A stretch of 64,000 nt of DNA from an uncultured Thermoleophilia bacterium (GCA_963756835.1 CAVWPE010000001.1:128094-192093); one strand, 5' to 3'. Positions 1 through 10,022 are shown, counted from the first letter of the stretch. Notes: a model not told the origin generated them from the sequence alone. A program made the numbers and translations.

Positions 1-642
1 CGACTGCAGGGCCCCGAGCACGACGGCTCCGAGGCCGGCAGCCGAGAGGATCGCGCCGACGACGTCGAGGTGCACGCGCGCGGCTCCCCTGACAGCGTCG
101 TGCACGAAGGGCGTCATGGCGAGGATGCCGAGGACGATCACGACCTCACCGACGAACACGACGCGCCAGCTGAGCTCTGTCGTCGCCCAGCCTCCGAGGA
201 TCGGGCCGACTGCGATTCCGGCCCCGGCGACGCCGCCGATCACGGCGTAGGCGGTCTTGCGCTCGCGCCCTTCGAAATTGCCGGCGATCAGCGCCGCCAT
301 GGCCGGGAGGACGAGCGCGGCACCGACGCCCTCCATGACCGACCAGCCGATCGCAAGGACGGTCACCGTCGGTGCCGCGGCGGTCAATGCCGAGCCGCAG
401 CCGTAGATGACGAGGCCGATCACGAACGCCCGCCGACGGCCGATGATGTCACCGATCTTGGCGCCGGTCATGATCAGCATCGCCATGACGAGGCAGTAGA
501 GCGTGATCACCGCCTGGATCGTGGTCACGGTCGTGTCGAAGTCGGCGACCAGCTGGCTGATCGAGACGTTCATCACCGACTGATCGAGAACCATGATGAA
601 CTGCGCGCCCGCGAGGGCGATGAGTGGCAACCACCGTTTCAT
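1..642 (-). CDS. MFS drug/H+ antiporter-type transporter (5' part; runs off window)
   Basis: Manual translation from ATG at 642: MKRWLPLIALAGAQFIMVLDQSVMNVSISQL...GAKIGDIIGRRRAF (MFS motif A), several TM helices; frame open to position 1. Confidence 0.9.
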   Translation of the reverse strand, partial: MKRWLPLIALAGAQFIMVLDQSVMNVSISQLVADFDTTVTTIQAVITLYCLVMAMLIMTGAKIGDIIGRRRAFVIGLVIYGCGSALTAAAPTVTVLAIGWSVMEGVGAALVLPAMAALIAGNFEGRERKTAYAVIGGVAGAGIAVGPILGGWATTELSWRVVFVGEVVIVLGILAMTPFVHDAVRGAARVHLDVVGAILSAAGLGAVVLGALQS

Positions 643-714
643 CGATCTGCCCGCGCGGTCATGCCGAGCAGTCTGTCATACCCGTCGCGGCGCCCTGCGC
701 GGGGCGCGCACGCG

Positions 715-1290
715 CTATGCGGGCTCCCCCGGGACCTGCTCCAGGCGGTAGGCGTGATCGGTGTACCAGACGACCGGCGTCTGTGCTCCGTCGGGAGGGT
801 CGCCCACGCTCGCGAACGGCCCGAACGACAACCGGACCCAGAGTCCGCCCGCGAGGGCTCCCGGGGCCGAGATCGCTCCCTGCCAGGTCTCCCGGGGGCC
901 GATCTGCCTCGGGAGCGCGGGAGCGTAGGTGGTCGCAGCGCGGAGCGCTGGCAGGTCGCCGTCCCGGCTGCGGCGCTCGAGCTCGTCGAGGTCGTCGTTC
1001 GGGAACAGCACCACCCCGAACGCGAGCTCCGGCCCGATCCGTGGGTCACCCACCGTCCAAGCCACGTCGGACCTGTTCTCGACGGAGATGTCGGCCTGCC
1101 AGCCTTCGCGGGTCACCGTGAACCGTGAGACGCCGAAGACGAGAGCCGGCTGCGTGCTCGGGTAGCGTTCCTTCCAATCGAGACGCGCGCTCTGCGGCGG
1201 AGCCTTGAGCGTGGTCGGCACGTCGACCGCCGTCGGTCCACAGCCGCTCAGAACGGTGGCGGCGAGGGCCAGGAGAAGGAGTCGACGCAT
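715..1290 (-). CDS. Hypothetical lipoprotein
   Basis: MRRLLLLALAATVLSGC lipobox signal peptide; 191-aa ORF. Confidence 0.7.
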   Translation of the reverse strand: MRRLLLLALAATVLSGCGPTAVDVPTTLKAPPQSARLDWKERYPSTQPALVFGVSRFTVTREGWQADISVENRSDVAWTVGDPRIGPELAFGVVLFPNDDLDELERRSRDGDLPALRAATTYAPALPRQIGPRETWQGAISAPGALAGGLWVRLSFGPFASVGDPPDGAQTPVVWYTDHAYRLEQVPGEPA

Positions 1291-1333
1291 GGAGATGATC
1301 GTCGCACACGCGCGCAGGTAGGCTCACGCCCAG

Positions 1334-2476
1334 ATGGACCTCTACGAGTATCAGGGCAAGGAGCTCTTCAGGCGGGTCGGCATCCCGGTGAGTGACGGCC
1401 GCCTCGCGACCACGCCGGGCGAGGCGCGGCAGGCCGCCGAAGTGCTCGGAGGCCCTGTGGTCGTCAAGGCGCAGGTCCTGACGGGCGGTCGCGGAAAGGC
1501 CGGTGGAGTCAAGCTTGCGGCGAATGCGCACGAGGCCGAGGAGCACGCGAAGAACATCATCGGGCTCGACATCAAGGGCCACGTCGTCAAGCGGCTCTGG
1601 GTCGAGCAGGCTTCCGACATCGCGAAGGAGTACTACCTCTCGCTCACCTTCGACCGGGGCGTCAAGAAGCCGCTGTTCATGTTCACGACGCAGGGCGGGG
1701 TCGAGATCGAGCAGGTCGCCGAGGAGAACCCCGATGCGCTCGTCCGGCTCCACGTCGACCCGCTCGAGGGCTTCAACCCGTGGCAGGCGCGGCACCTCGT
1801 CTACGGTGCGGGCGTCACGGATCCGTCGGAGCAGAAGCAGATCGCAAAGATCATCGGCCAGCTGTACGACGCCTTCGTTCGCTTCGACGCCATGCTCTGT
1901 GAGATCAATCCGTTGATCGTCACCCCAGACGGGGTCGTCAAGGCGCTCGACTCGAAGTTCACCGTCGACGACAACGCGCTCTACCGCCATCCGGATGTCG
2001 CGGAGATGCGCGACGAAGATGCCGCAGACCCGCTCGAGGCGCTCGCGCGGGCGAAGCACGTCACGTACGTGAAGCTCGACGGCGAGGTCGGTGTCTGCGG
2101 AAACGGTGCCGGGCTGACGATGTCGACCGTCGACGTGGTCACGTTCGCCGGTGGCCGTCCGGCCAACTTCTGCGACCTCGGGGGCGGGGGCGACGCTCAG
2201 GGCGTTGTCGATGCGCTCTCGGTGATCACCCAGGATCCGCAGGTCCGGGCGGTGTTCTTCAACATCTTCGGCGGGATCACCCGCTGCGACGAGGTCGCGC
2301 GCGGCATCCTGCAGGCGCTCGGCGAGATGGGGCTCGATCTTCCGATCGTCGTTCGCCTCGACGGCACCAACGCGGAAGAGGGCCGTCGGATCCTCGCCGA
2401 GGCGGCACCCGCCAACCTCCACGTCTCACCGACGATGCTCGAGGCGGCCAAGCGCGCGGTGGAGCTCGCGGCATGA
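1334..2476 (+). CDS. sucC: Succinyl-CoA synthetase beta subunit
   Basis: MDLYEYQGKELF, VVKAQVLTGGRGKAGGVK, GNGAGLTMST, PANFCDLGGG, NIFGGITRCD. Confidence 0.97.
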   Translation: MDLYEYQGKELFRRVGIPVSDGRLATTPGEARQAAEVLGGPVVVKAQVLTGGRGKAGGVKLAANAHEAEEHAKNIIGLDIKGHVVKRLWVEQASDIAKEYYLSLTFDRGVKKPLFMFTTQGGVEIEQVAEENPDALVRLHVDPLEGFNPWQARHLVYGAGVTDPSEQKQIAKIIGQLYDAFVRFDAMLCEINPLIVTPDGVVKALDSKFTVDDNALYRHPDVAEMRDEDAADPLEALARAKHVTYVKLDGEVGVCGNGAGLTMSTVDVVTFAGGRPANFCDLGGGGDAQGVVDALSVITQDPQVRAVFFNIFGGITRCDEVARGILQALGEMGLDLPIVVRLDGTNAEEGRRILAEAAPANLHVSPTMLEAAKRAVELAA

Positions 2477-3113
2477 CCACGGACACCTGGAGCGATCGCG
2501 CCGAGAGTACCGCACGAGCGATGCGCATCGGGAAGGGCCTGACCTCGACCTCATCGTCGAGTGGGCTGCCGGAGCGCGGACCGCGCTCGACGTCGCGACC
2601 GGCGGCGGGCACGTCGCGCGTCGCCTTCGCGAGGCGGGCATCGAGGTCGTCAGCTGCGACCCCGCTCCGGGGATGCGCCCCGACGTCGTCTGCCGGGCCG
2701 AGGATCTCCCCTTCGCCGACGGGAGCTTCGACGTCGTCGCCACCCGTGTCGCAGCCCACCACTTCGACGACGTCGCGCGGGCGGTCGCCGAGATGGCCCG
2801 CGTGGCGGCCGCGAGCGTCCTGATCGTGGACAACAGCTACATGGGCGATGCGATCGAGGAGGCCGAGACGCTGCGCGATCCGTCGCACGTCCGCAACTAC
2901 GGCGAGGCGGAATGGCGGTCGTTCATCGCCGCAGCGGGGCTCGAGGTCGAGAACGTCCGCTTCTTCGAGAAGCCGATCGAGTTCCAGCCCTGGCTCGACC
3001 GCTGCGGCTGCGCGGGCGACGACGCAAAGCAGGTCCGCGCGCTCCTCGGCGACCGCGTCCGCGGCGAGCACGTGGTCCTGGACAGGATCGCGCTGAAGGC
3101 GGTGCGCGCCTGA
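2473..3113 (+). CDS. Class I SAM-dependent methyltransferase (1-nt frameshift near 2506)
   Basis: MTTDTWSDRAE then shifted frame YRTSDAHREGPDLDLIVEWAAGARTALDVATGGGHVA...AEDLPFADGSFDVV...AAHHF; ATGA overlap with sucC and TGATG overlap with sucD. Confidence 0.8.
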
Positions 3114-3985
3114 TGGCGATCATCGTCGACAACGACACGAGGCTCGTCGTCCAGGGCCTGACCGGCTCGGAAGGCCGCTTTCACGGCCTGCGGAACCGCG
3201 GCTACGGCACGAACCTCGTCGCCGGCGTCACACCCGGCAAGGGAGGACAGGACGTCGAAGGCGTGCCGGTGTTCCACACCGTCGCCGAGGCCGTCTCCGC
3301 CGAGGGCGCGAACACCGCCATGATCTTCGTTCCCGCACCGTTCGCCGCCGACGCGATCTACGAGGCCGTCGACGCGGGCATCGAGACCGTGATCTGCATC
3401 ACCGAGGGCGTTCCCGCGCACGACATGCTGCGCATCCACACCTACGTGCACAACCGTGGCGTGACGCTGATCGGGCCGAACTGCCCCGGGGCGCTCTCTC
3501 CCGGTAAGGCGAACGTCGGCATCATCCCGGCCGAGATCTTCACCGCCGGCAACATCGGCCTCGTCTCACGCTCGGGCACCCTCACCTACCAGATCGGCCA
3601 CGAGCTGACCCAGATGGGCCTCGGTAACTCGACGATCGTCGGCATCGGCGGCGACCCCGTCGTCGGATCCTCCTTCGTCGACATCCTGGCCAAGTTCCAG
3701 GCCGACGCGGAAACCGAGTACGTCGTCATGGTCGGCGAGATCGGCGGCGACGAGGAGGAGAAGGCGGCCGCCTTCATCGAGACCGAGCTCACGAAGCCGG
3801 TCGTCGCCTACATCGCCGGCTTCACCGCGCCACCCGGGAAGACGATGGGGCATGCCGGTGCGATCATCTCCGGGTCGTCCGGGACCGCCGAGGCGAAGAA
3901 GGAAGCGCTCGAGGCGAAGGGCATCCGCGTCGGGACGACCCCGACCGAGACCGCCGAGCTCGTCGCCGAGATCGCGCGCGGCTGA
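3113..3985 (+). CDS. sucD: Succinyl-CoA synthetase alpha subunit
   Basis: [49 protein letters not shown] (phospho-His). Confidence 0.97.
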   Translation: MAIIVDNDTRLVVQGLTGSEGRFHGLRNRGYGTNLVAGVTPGKGGQDVEGVPVFHTVAEAVSAEGANTAMIFVPAPFAADAIYEAVDAGIETVICITEGVPAHDMLRIHTYVHNRGVTLIGPNCPGALSPGKANVGIIPAEIFTAGNIGLVSRSGTLTYQIGHELTQMGLGNSTIVGIGGDPVVGSSFVDILAKFQADAETEYVVMVGEIGGDEEEKAAAFIETELTKPVVAYIAGFTAPPGKTMGHAGAIISGSSGTAEAKKEALEAKGIRVGTTPTETAELVAEIARG

Positions 3986-4036
3986 GCTTCGATCGACTCG
4001 GACCCGTCCGGCCGGACTCCACATAGGCTAGGCCGC

Positions 4037-4531
4037 GTGCGGATCCGCGACTGGCTCTTCGACCGGGGCGACAACCTCGCAGGCGGCATCTACGGGACGA
4101 TCCTCGTCACGTCGATCATCGCCGCCGCCGACTCGTCCGAGGCGATCTGGCTCTCGCTCGGCGTCGTCGAGATCACGATGATCGTCTTCTGGCTCGCGCA
4201 CGTCTACGCGGGCGCGCTGGCGCAGAGCCTGGACGGAAAAGAGGCGTTCTCGGGCCGCGACGTGCGGCGCTCGGTCCGCCGCGAGTGGCCGCTGCTCCAG
4301 GCTGCGATCGTTCCATCGCTCGCCCTGATCGCCGGCGGGGTCGGTCTCGTCGCGACGCGGACCGCGTACTGGCTCGCGATCGGCTACGGCGTCGCGACGC
4401 TCGTCTGGTGGGGCATCCTCTTCGCGCGCAAGGAACGCCTGGGGCGGGGTGCGACGATCGCCGTCGTCCTCGTGAACGCGTCGTTCGGGCTCTGCATCGT
4501 CGCGCTGAAGGAGTTCGTCGGCCACGCCTGA
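4037..4531 (+). CDS. Hypothetical integral membrane protein
   Basis: IYGTILVTSII...FWLAHVYA; about 5 hydrophobic segments; TAGGCT 7 nt upstream of GTG. Confidence 0.75.
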   Translation: MRIRDWLFDRGDNLAGGIYGTILVTSIIAAADSSEAIWLSLGVVEITMIVFWLAHVYAGALAQSLDGKEAFSGRDVRRSVRREWPLLQAAIVPSLALIAGGVGLVATRTAYWLAIGYGVATLVWWGILFARKERLGRGATIAVVLVNASFGLCIVALKEFVGHA

Positions 4532-4567
4532 GCCCGCCGGCCGCGCTCCGGCCGCTACATTCAGGCC

Positions 4568-4930
4568 ATGCCATTCGGCCTCGGCATCTGGGAGATCCTG
4601 ATCCTCGCGGGCGTGCTCGTGCTCCTGTTCGGCAGCAAGGGAGCCCCCGCGATGGCGCGACGTCTCGGCACGGGCGTGCGCGAGTTGAAGGACGCGGTCT
4701 CCGAGATGGATCCGACCTCCGTGTTCGACTCGAAGAGCGAGCCCGAGAAGCCAAAGAAGTCCGAGAAGGCGATGCCCGCCCTCGAGGCAGCGCGGTCGGA
4801 GGCGTTCCCGGCGGCCGATGCGGCGCCGGTCGTCGATGCGTCCCCTGCTGTGCGGGTGGAGTCGAAGCCGATCTCGCCGTCGACGCGCGACGACATCGTC
4901 ACCGCCGCAGACGATCCGCCTGCGAGCTGA
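4568..4930 (+). CDS. tatA: Twin-arginine translocase TatA/TatE family subunit
   Basis: GLGIWEILILAGVLVLLFGSKG.P.MARRLGTGVRELK: TM, FG hinge and amphipathic helix. Confidence 0.8.
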   Translation: MPFGLGIWEILILAGVLVLLFGSKGAPAMARRLGTGVRELKDAVSEMDPTSVFDSKSEPEKPKKSEKAMPALEAARSEAFPAADAAPVVDASPAVRVESKPISPSTRDDIVTAADDPPAS

Positions 4931-5268
4931 TGGAGGTCGTCTCGTACGGGACGCTGGAGCCGTTCACGACCAAGGACGGGTCGACGATCCGGGAGTTCAT
5001 CCATTCGCCCGCCCAGTCGCTCGCGGAAGCGACGCTCGAGCCCGGCCAGTCGACGACGCGGCACTACCACGCCCTCAGCGAGGAGATCTATCTCCTCACG
5101 GCAGGCAGCGGCACGATGGAGCTCGACGGGCACGTGTGCGAGGTGGGGGAGGGCGACGCGATCCTGATCCCACCCGGAGCCTGGCACGAGCTACGGGCCG
5201 GCGCCGAGGGCGCTCGGCTGCTCTGCTGCTGCGTCCCGCCCTACAGCCACGACGACACGTACTTCTGA
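4930..5268 (+). CDS. Cupin domain protein
   Basis: MEVVSY...FTTKDGSTIRE...SLAEATLEPG...HYHALSEEIY...GDAILIPPGAWH; coupled to tatA (TGATG). Confidence 0.85.
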   Translation: MEVVSYGTLEPFTTKDGSTIREFIHSPAQSLAEATLEPGQSTTRHYHALSEEIYLLTAGSGTMELDGHVCEVGEGDAILIPPGAWHELRAGAEGARLLCCCVPPYSHDDTYF

Positions 5269-5556
5269 GGGGGTGCGATGGAAGAGCGTATCGCACCCCC
5301 TCAGAAGTCATTCTTCTGCCGCGCTGCGCGCGGATCCTGAAGCCGGGAACCTGCGGTTCCCCGCGACCCCTCCCTCGGATCTGCCGTGAAGCCGAAGGCC
5401 CTGGTCACGCTGAGGGGGTGCGATGGAAGAGCGTATCGCACCCCCTCAGAGGTCATTCTTCTGCCGCGCTGCGCGCGGATCCTGAAGCCGGGAGCCTGCG
5501 GTTCCCCGCGACCCCTCCCTCGGATCTGCCGTGAAGCCGAAGGGGCCCCTGGTCAC
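5265..5556. repeat. Two tandem ~145-bp copies of a multi-hairpin (REP-like) intergenic unit
   Basis: Units start at 5265 and 5410. Each has CTGAGGGGGTGCGAT-N10-ATCGCACCCCCTCAG (15-bp inverted repeat) and GGGA(A/G)CCTGCGGTTCCC. Copies differ at a few positions. Confidence 0.9.
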
Positions 5557-5579
5557 ACGGGGCCTTCGGCTCGCCGGAC

Positions 5580-6647
5580 CTAGGGCTTTGCTTCGAGGAT
5601 GATGTTGAACGGTGTTTCGCTGGCTCGCCTGACGCTGCCGAAGCCTCCTTGCTTGATGACGTCGGTGAGTCGGGCCTCGCCCGCCTGGGCGCCGAGTGCT
5701 AGCCCGACCTCCTGGGCGAGCGATGCCGGTGTGCAGACGACGGTCGAGGCGCCGTAGAAGACGCGACCGACCGGGTTGAGGTTCTCCTCGACGGTGTCGT
5801 TGGCGAAAGGCTCCACGATCATCCAGGTGCCGTCGTCTGCGAGTGTGGCCCTCACGTGTTCGGCGGCGCCGACGGGATCGCCCATGTCGTGCAGGCAGTC
5901 GAACATGCAGACGAGGTCGTAGCCGTCTCCCGGATAGTCCTTCGCCGCGGCGGTCTCGAAGGTGGTGTTGCCGGCGACGCCCGCGTCGAGCGCCCGCGCG
6001 CGGGCCTGTTCGATCGACCCGTCGTGGTAGTCGAACCCGAAGAAGGTCGAGTTCGGGAACGCCTCCGCCATCAGGATCGTCGACGCGCCGTGCCCGCAGC
6101 CGATATCGGCGACCTTGGCCCCGGCCCGGAGCTTCTCGACGACCCCGTCGAGCGCCGGGATCCACTCGGCGACCAGGTGCGCCCGGTAGCCGGGACGGAA
6201 GAAGCGCTCGGTGCCACAGAAGAGGCGGTGGTCGTGCTCGTGCCAGCCCATCGCCTCGCCGCTTCGGAACGCCTCGGTGATCTGATCCTCGTCCGCGTAC
6301 AGCGACGAGATCAGCTCGAAGGCGCCGAGGACGTAGACGGGGCTGTCCTCGTCGGCGAGTGCCAGCGCCTGCTCGTCTGGGAGCGTGTAGCGGTCGGTCG
6401 CCGCATCGTAGGAGACGTAGCCGCCTGCGGCCTGGTTGCGCAGCCACTCGCGGACGGAGCGCTCGGCCACGCCGGCGCGTTCGGCGACCTCGGCCGACGT
6501 CAACGCGCCGGCTCCCGCCATCGCCTTGTACAGCCCGAGCTTCTCGCCGATCACCATCAGCGGAGCGCTGATCACAGCGCCCATGTCCGTGACGACCTGG
6601 CCCATGAACGCCTCCAGCTTGTTCATGTCGATCTCGGTCGTAGCCAT
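5580..6647 (-). CDS. Class I SAM methyltransferase with N-terminal winged helix (Rv2258c-like)
   Basis: IGEKLGLYKAM, REWL, VADIGCGHGAS, FDCLHDMGDP, LGAQAGE. Confidence 0.9.
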   Translation of the reverse strand: MATTEIDMNKLEAFMGQVVTDMGAVISAPLMVIGEKLGLYKAMAGAGALTSAEVAERAGVAERSVREWLRNQAAGGYVSYDAATDRYTLPDEQALALADEDSPVYVLGAFELISSLYADEDQITEAFRSGEAMGWHEHDHRLFCGTERFFRPGYRAHLVAEWIPALDGVVEKLRAGAKVADIGCGHGASTILMAEAFPNSTFFGFDYHDGSIEQARARALDAGVAGNTTFETAAAKDYPGDGYDLVCMFDCLHDMGDPVGAAEHVRATLADDGTWMIVEPFANDTVEENLNPVGRVFYGASTVVCTPASLAQEVGLALGAQAGEARLTDVIKQGGFGSVRRASETPFNIILEAKP

Positions 6648-6682
6648 CGGATACCTCCTGCTCGACTCGAACGAAACACGTC

Positions 6683-6711
6683 ATTGTAAACCTCGACGGC
6701 GATCGGTTCAA
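6683..6711 (-). promoter_or_regulatory. Sigma70-type promoter of the methyltransferase
   Basis: Minus strand TTGAAC-N17-TACAAT, followed by AGGAGG RBS before ATG at 6647. Confidence 0.7.
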
Positions 6712-6753
6712 CGCCGCGCGCGTCCTCCTCGGGCGCGAATCGGCGAGCGGGCG

Positions 6754-7077
6754 TCAGCCGACGAGGAGCGCGACGGCGAACATCACGAGCGCAGAGAGGG
6801 CCAGGATCACCGACAGACCGGCGCCGCCCCTGTCGTCGTTGCCGCGATAGCGTCCCCCCAAGAAGGCTCGACCGAGCTCACCGGGTGCGTGTCGCGTCGA
6901 GGGCGAGAAGGAGAAGATCGTCAGGAGGAGCATCAGGCACCCGACGATCCAGAGCGAGTTCGTGAACTCCGCGTCGAACTGTCCTCCCCGCAATGCTGCC
7001 AGTCCGGCGGCCGTCGCCACCCCGAGCGCCGTCGCCAGCATCACGCTGACGGCCGTCGAAGCGAGCGCCCGGATCAT
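6754..7077 (-). CDS. Small hypothetical membrane protein
   Basis: MIRALASTAVSVMLA... three hydrophobic segments. Confidence 0.6.
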   Translation of the reverse strand: MIRALASTAVSVMLATALGVATAAGLAALRGGQFDAEFTNSLWIVGCLMLLLTIFSFSPSTRHAPGELGRAFLGGRYRGNDDRGGAGLSVILALSALVMFAVALLVG

Positions 7078-7156
7078 GCCCGGACTATCGCACGGCGACG
7101 ATCCACGGGGCAGCCCGGAGCAAATGCGGGACTTGGCCTCGGCCGGCGGCGCCGGG

Positions 7157-7200
7157 AAATGCGGAAACCCGGGGAGAGACCGACGCCTCTTCCCCGGGTT
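7157..7200 (-). terminator. Intrinsic terminator after DEAD-box helicase
   Basis: AACCCGGGGAAGAG...CTCTCCCCGGGTT stem followed by a T-rich tract on the minus strand. Confidence 0.7.
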
Positions 7201-7223
7201 CGACGGCTTTCGCCGCGCCGGCT

Positions 7224-8420
7224 CTAGATCTTCCGGCGGGGCCGGGTGGGGCCCCACTTGGAGCCGCGCTTGCGGCCCGAGTAGAGCAGCTTCGGAGCGG
7301 CCGACTTCATGCCGGTCTCCGCCCAGGCGTCGGACTGGCCGTTCATGCGGGCGACACGGCTCACCTCGGCCTGCTGATCCGGCAGGACGAGCGTCACGCC
7401 CGTACCCGAGCGGCCGGCGCGGCCCGTGCGGCCGACGCGGTGGGTGTAGGCCTTCTCGTCCTCGGGCGGATCGAAGTTGATCACGTGCGTGATGTCGGAG
7501 AGGTCGAGCCCCCGTGCTGCGACGTCGGTGGCGATCAGCGTCGTCACCTTGCCGGCCTCGAAGTGTGCGAGCGCCTTCTCCCGGGCGGCCTGCGTCTTGT
7601 CACCATGCATTGCGACCGCGCGCACCTGATGGCGCTCGAGCCGTTGCGCGAGGCGATCGGCTCCGCGCTTCGTGCGAACGAAGACGAGTGCGAGACCCCG
7701 CTCTTCGTTCAAGAGCTCGACGAGCTTCTCGACCTTGTTGTCCGGCGTGACGGGAACGAACTGATGGTCGATCTCGCCCGGCTTCTGCTCGCTCGGGAGC
7801 TCCGCGGCGATCCGGACAGGCTGGTTCGTGTACGCCCGCGCAAGCTCTCCGACCGCTCCGTCGAGCGTTGCCGAGAAGAACATCGTCTGGCGCTTCTCGG
7901 AGACGCGGCGCAGGATCTTGTCGACCTGCGGCTTGAAGCCCATGTCCAGCATCCGGTCGGCCTCGTCGAGGACGAGGATCGTCACGGCGTCGAGGGTGAT
8001 CATCCGCCTATCCATCAAGTCCTGGAGCCGACCCGGTGTCGCGACGAGCACGTGCGCCTTCTTGGCCTTCGCGGCCTGGGCCGGAATGGGGACGCCGCCG
8101 TACACCGAGGCGACTTCGAGGCCCTTGGACCGGCCGAGATCCGCGACGACCTCGGTCACCTGGACGGCGAGCTCCCGCGTCGGGACGAGCACGAGTGCCG
8201 CCGGGCGGCCGTCGCCGGGCGCTGTGCGCTCGACGATCGGGACGGCGAACGCGAGGGTCTTGCCGGAACCGGTCGGCGCCTTCGCGAGCACGTCGTGCCC
8301 GGCGAGTGCCGCGGGGATGGCGCGCGTCTGGATCTGGAACGGTGAGTGGATCCCCTGCTCGGTGAGCACCCGGACTGTGTCCGCGCTCAGCCCGATAGAG
8401 GCAAAGGTTGTCTCTGGCAT
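7224..8420 (-). CDS. DEAD-box RNA helicase
   Basis: Q motif (PFQIQ), APTGSGKT, PTRELA, TPGRL, DEAD, SAT, ARGLD, HRVGRTGRAG; AAGGAG RBS before ATG at 8420. Confidence 0.96.
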   Translation of the reverse strand: MPETTFASIGLSADTVRVLTEQGIHSPFQIQTRAIPAALAGHDVLAKAPTGSGKTLAFAVPIVERTAPGDGRPAALVLVPTRELAVQVTEVVADLGRSKGLEVASVYGGVPIPAQAAKAKKAHVLVATPGRLQDLMDRRMITLDAVTILVLDEADRMLDMGFKPQVDKILRRVSEKRQTMFFSATLDGAVGELARAYTNQPVRIAAELPSEQKPGEIDHQFVPVTPDNKVEKLVELLNEERGLALVFVRTKRGADRLAQRLERHQVRAVAMHGDKTQAAREKALAHFEAGKVTTLIATDVAARGLDLSDITHVINFDPPEDEKAYTHRVGRTGRAGRSGTGVTLVLPDQQAEVSRVARMNGQSDAWAETGMKSAAPKLLYSGRKRGSKWGPTRPRRKI

Positions 8421-8646
8421 TCGGTTTGTACTCCTTGAATTGAGTTCGAGACCATCTACCCTCGAACTGCCTAATCCTCGGAGTTCCGAGCCTAGAGTCG
8501 AAAGAAGCTGATCTCCCGGGGCGGCACAGCGCCGATTCCCTGTGGACAACAGTAGCAGCCATCTCTCTTTCGCGGCGAACACCGGTTCTCATGCTGGCGT
8601 GGCAGTTCCGCCGATGAAGACCGGGTCGTCCGGGTACGCTCCGCCC

Positions 8647-9728
8647 ATGGCCCCGATCTCCTTCGCGCGCGGCGCGCCCGCACCCGAGTGTCTCGACCCG
8701 GTGCTGATCGCCGACTGCGCGCGCGCTGCCCTCGAGCGCGACGGGACCACGATCCTCTCGTACGGAACGGGCGGCGGCTACGGCCCTCTTCGCGAGGTGC
8801 TCGCGGAGCAGCACGGCGTGTCGCCGAGCAGGGTCTTCGTGACGACCGGCGGCCTGCAGGGCTTCGTCTTCTACGCAGCCGTCCAGCTCGCCATCCGGCC
8901 CGGCCGCGTGCTCGTCGAGGCGCCGACCTATGATCGGCCGCTCAAGGTTCTCGCCCGCGACGGAGCCGACGTCGTGCCGATCGCAATGGACGACGAGGGT
9001 CTCGACCTGGTCGCGCTCGAGGCCGAGCTCGAGCGCGGGGGGCTATCTCGTTCCTCTACACCATTCCGACATTCCAGAACCCGTCCGGCCGCACCATCGG
9101 CGTCGAGCGCCGCCGCCGCCTCGTGGAGCTCTCGGCACGGTACGACCTCCCGATCCTCGAGGACGATCCGTACGGTCGCGTGCGCTACGACGGCGACCCG
9201 GTACCTTCGATCCACGAGCTCGAGGGTGGCGAGCGCGTGACGTTCACGTCGTCGTTCTCGAAGACCGTTGCACCGGGCCTTCGCATCGGGTACTTCGTCG
9301 TTCCGGAGCCGCTGGCGTCGGCGTACGACGACAGGGCCGTCTCGACGTACATCTCGCCGAGCCTGCTGCCGCAGGCGACGGTGTTCGAGATCATCGAGAG
9401 CGGGGCGTTCCAGCCCAATCTCGACCGGGTGCGGCTTCTTCTCAAGGGTCGAAAGGACGCGATGCTCGCCGCGCTCGCCGAGGAAATGCCCGCGGGCACG
9501 CGCTGGAGCTCGCCCGAAGGCGGGTACTTCCTCTGGCTCGACCTCGCCGGCGAGATTGACGCGGCGGAGCTCCTGGAGCGGGCGAGCGGGGCGGGTGTCA
9601 CCTTCGTTCGAGGGTCGGACTTCTTCCCGAACGCGTCGGCGGGTCGATCGTCGGCCCGCCTCGCCTTCAGCTACGAGACACCGGAGCGCATCGCCGAAGG
9701 CGTCCGGCTTCTCGCTTCGCTCCTCTAG
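8647..9728 (+). CDS. PLP-dependent class I aminotransferase (MocR/LysN-like); frameshift in G run near 9037-9042
   Basis: ISFARGAP, YGTGGGY.PLRE, VEAPTYDR, then shifted FLYTIPTFQNPSG, EDDPYG, SFSKTVAPGLRIGY (PLP Lys), RLAFS. Confidence 0.9.
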
Positions 9729-9749
9729 AGCTGGCCGATCGGTCGTCTA

Positions 9750-10010
9750 CTAGGTGGCTTCGCGCCGCCGCCGGCGACGGTCACGGAGGTCGTCGAAGAG
9801 CCACCCGACGACGAAGCCGAGTGCGATCGCGAGCAGCAGCACGACGAAGAGCGACGCCTCCGTGCGGAAGAAGACGAAGTTGACCGAGACCGTGTTGCGA
9901 TTGGCGAGCACGAGGATGAGGCCATACGCGAGGATCACCCCGAGGATGATCCGTTTCGGCGTCCACGGACTCTGCCGCTTCGCGCCTTCGAGCGTCGGTT
10001 TCGTCGACAT
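9750..10010 (-). CDS. LapA/DUF1049-like small membrane protein
   Basis: TM-AN...V.VNFVFF-TM-polyArg pattern. Confidence 0.75.
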   Translation of the reverse strand: MSTKPTLEGAKRQSPWTPKRIILGVILAYGLILVLANRNTVSVNFVFFRTEASLFVVLLLAIALGFVVGWLFDDLRDRRRRRREAT

Positions 10011-10022
10011 CCTGCCCGAACG

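Noticed and set aside
70-1128. Long + strand ORF, and the many similar antisense or alternate-frame ORFs such as 1046-2422, 11545-13218 and 22330-24189
   Set aside because: Shadow ORFs of real genes in high-GC DNA: Arg/Pro/Ala-rich, with no family motifs.
5265-5556. Possible CRISPR array
   Set aside because: Only two long near-identical units, no unique spacers and no cas genes.
9030-9050. Programmed frameshift or phase variation in the aminotransferase G run
   Set aside because: A short G6 run in a housekeeping-type gene; a homopolymer sequencing error is more parsimonious.
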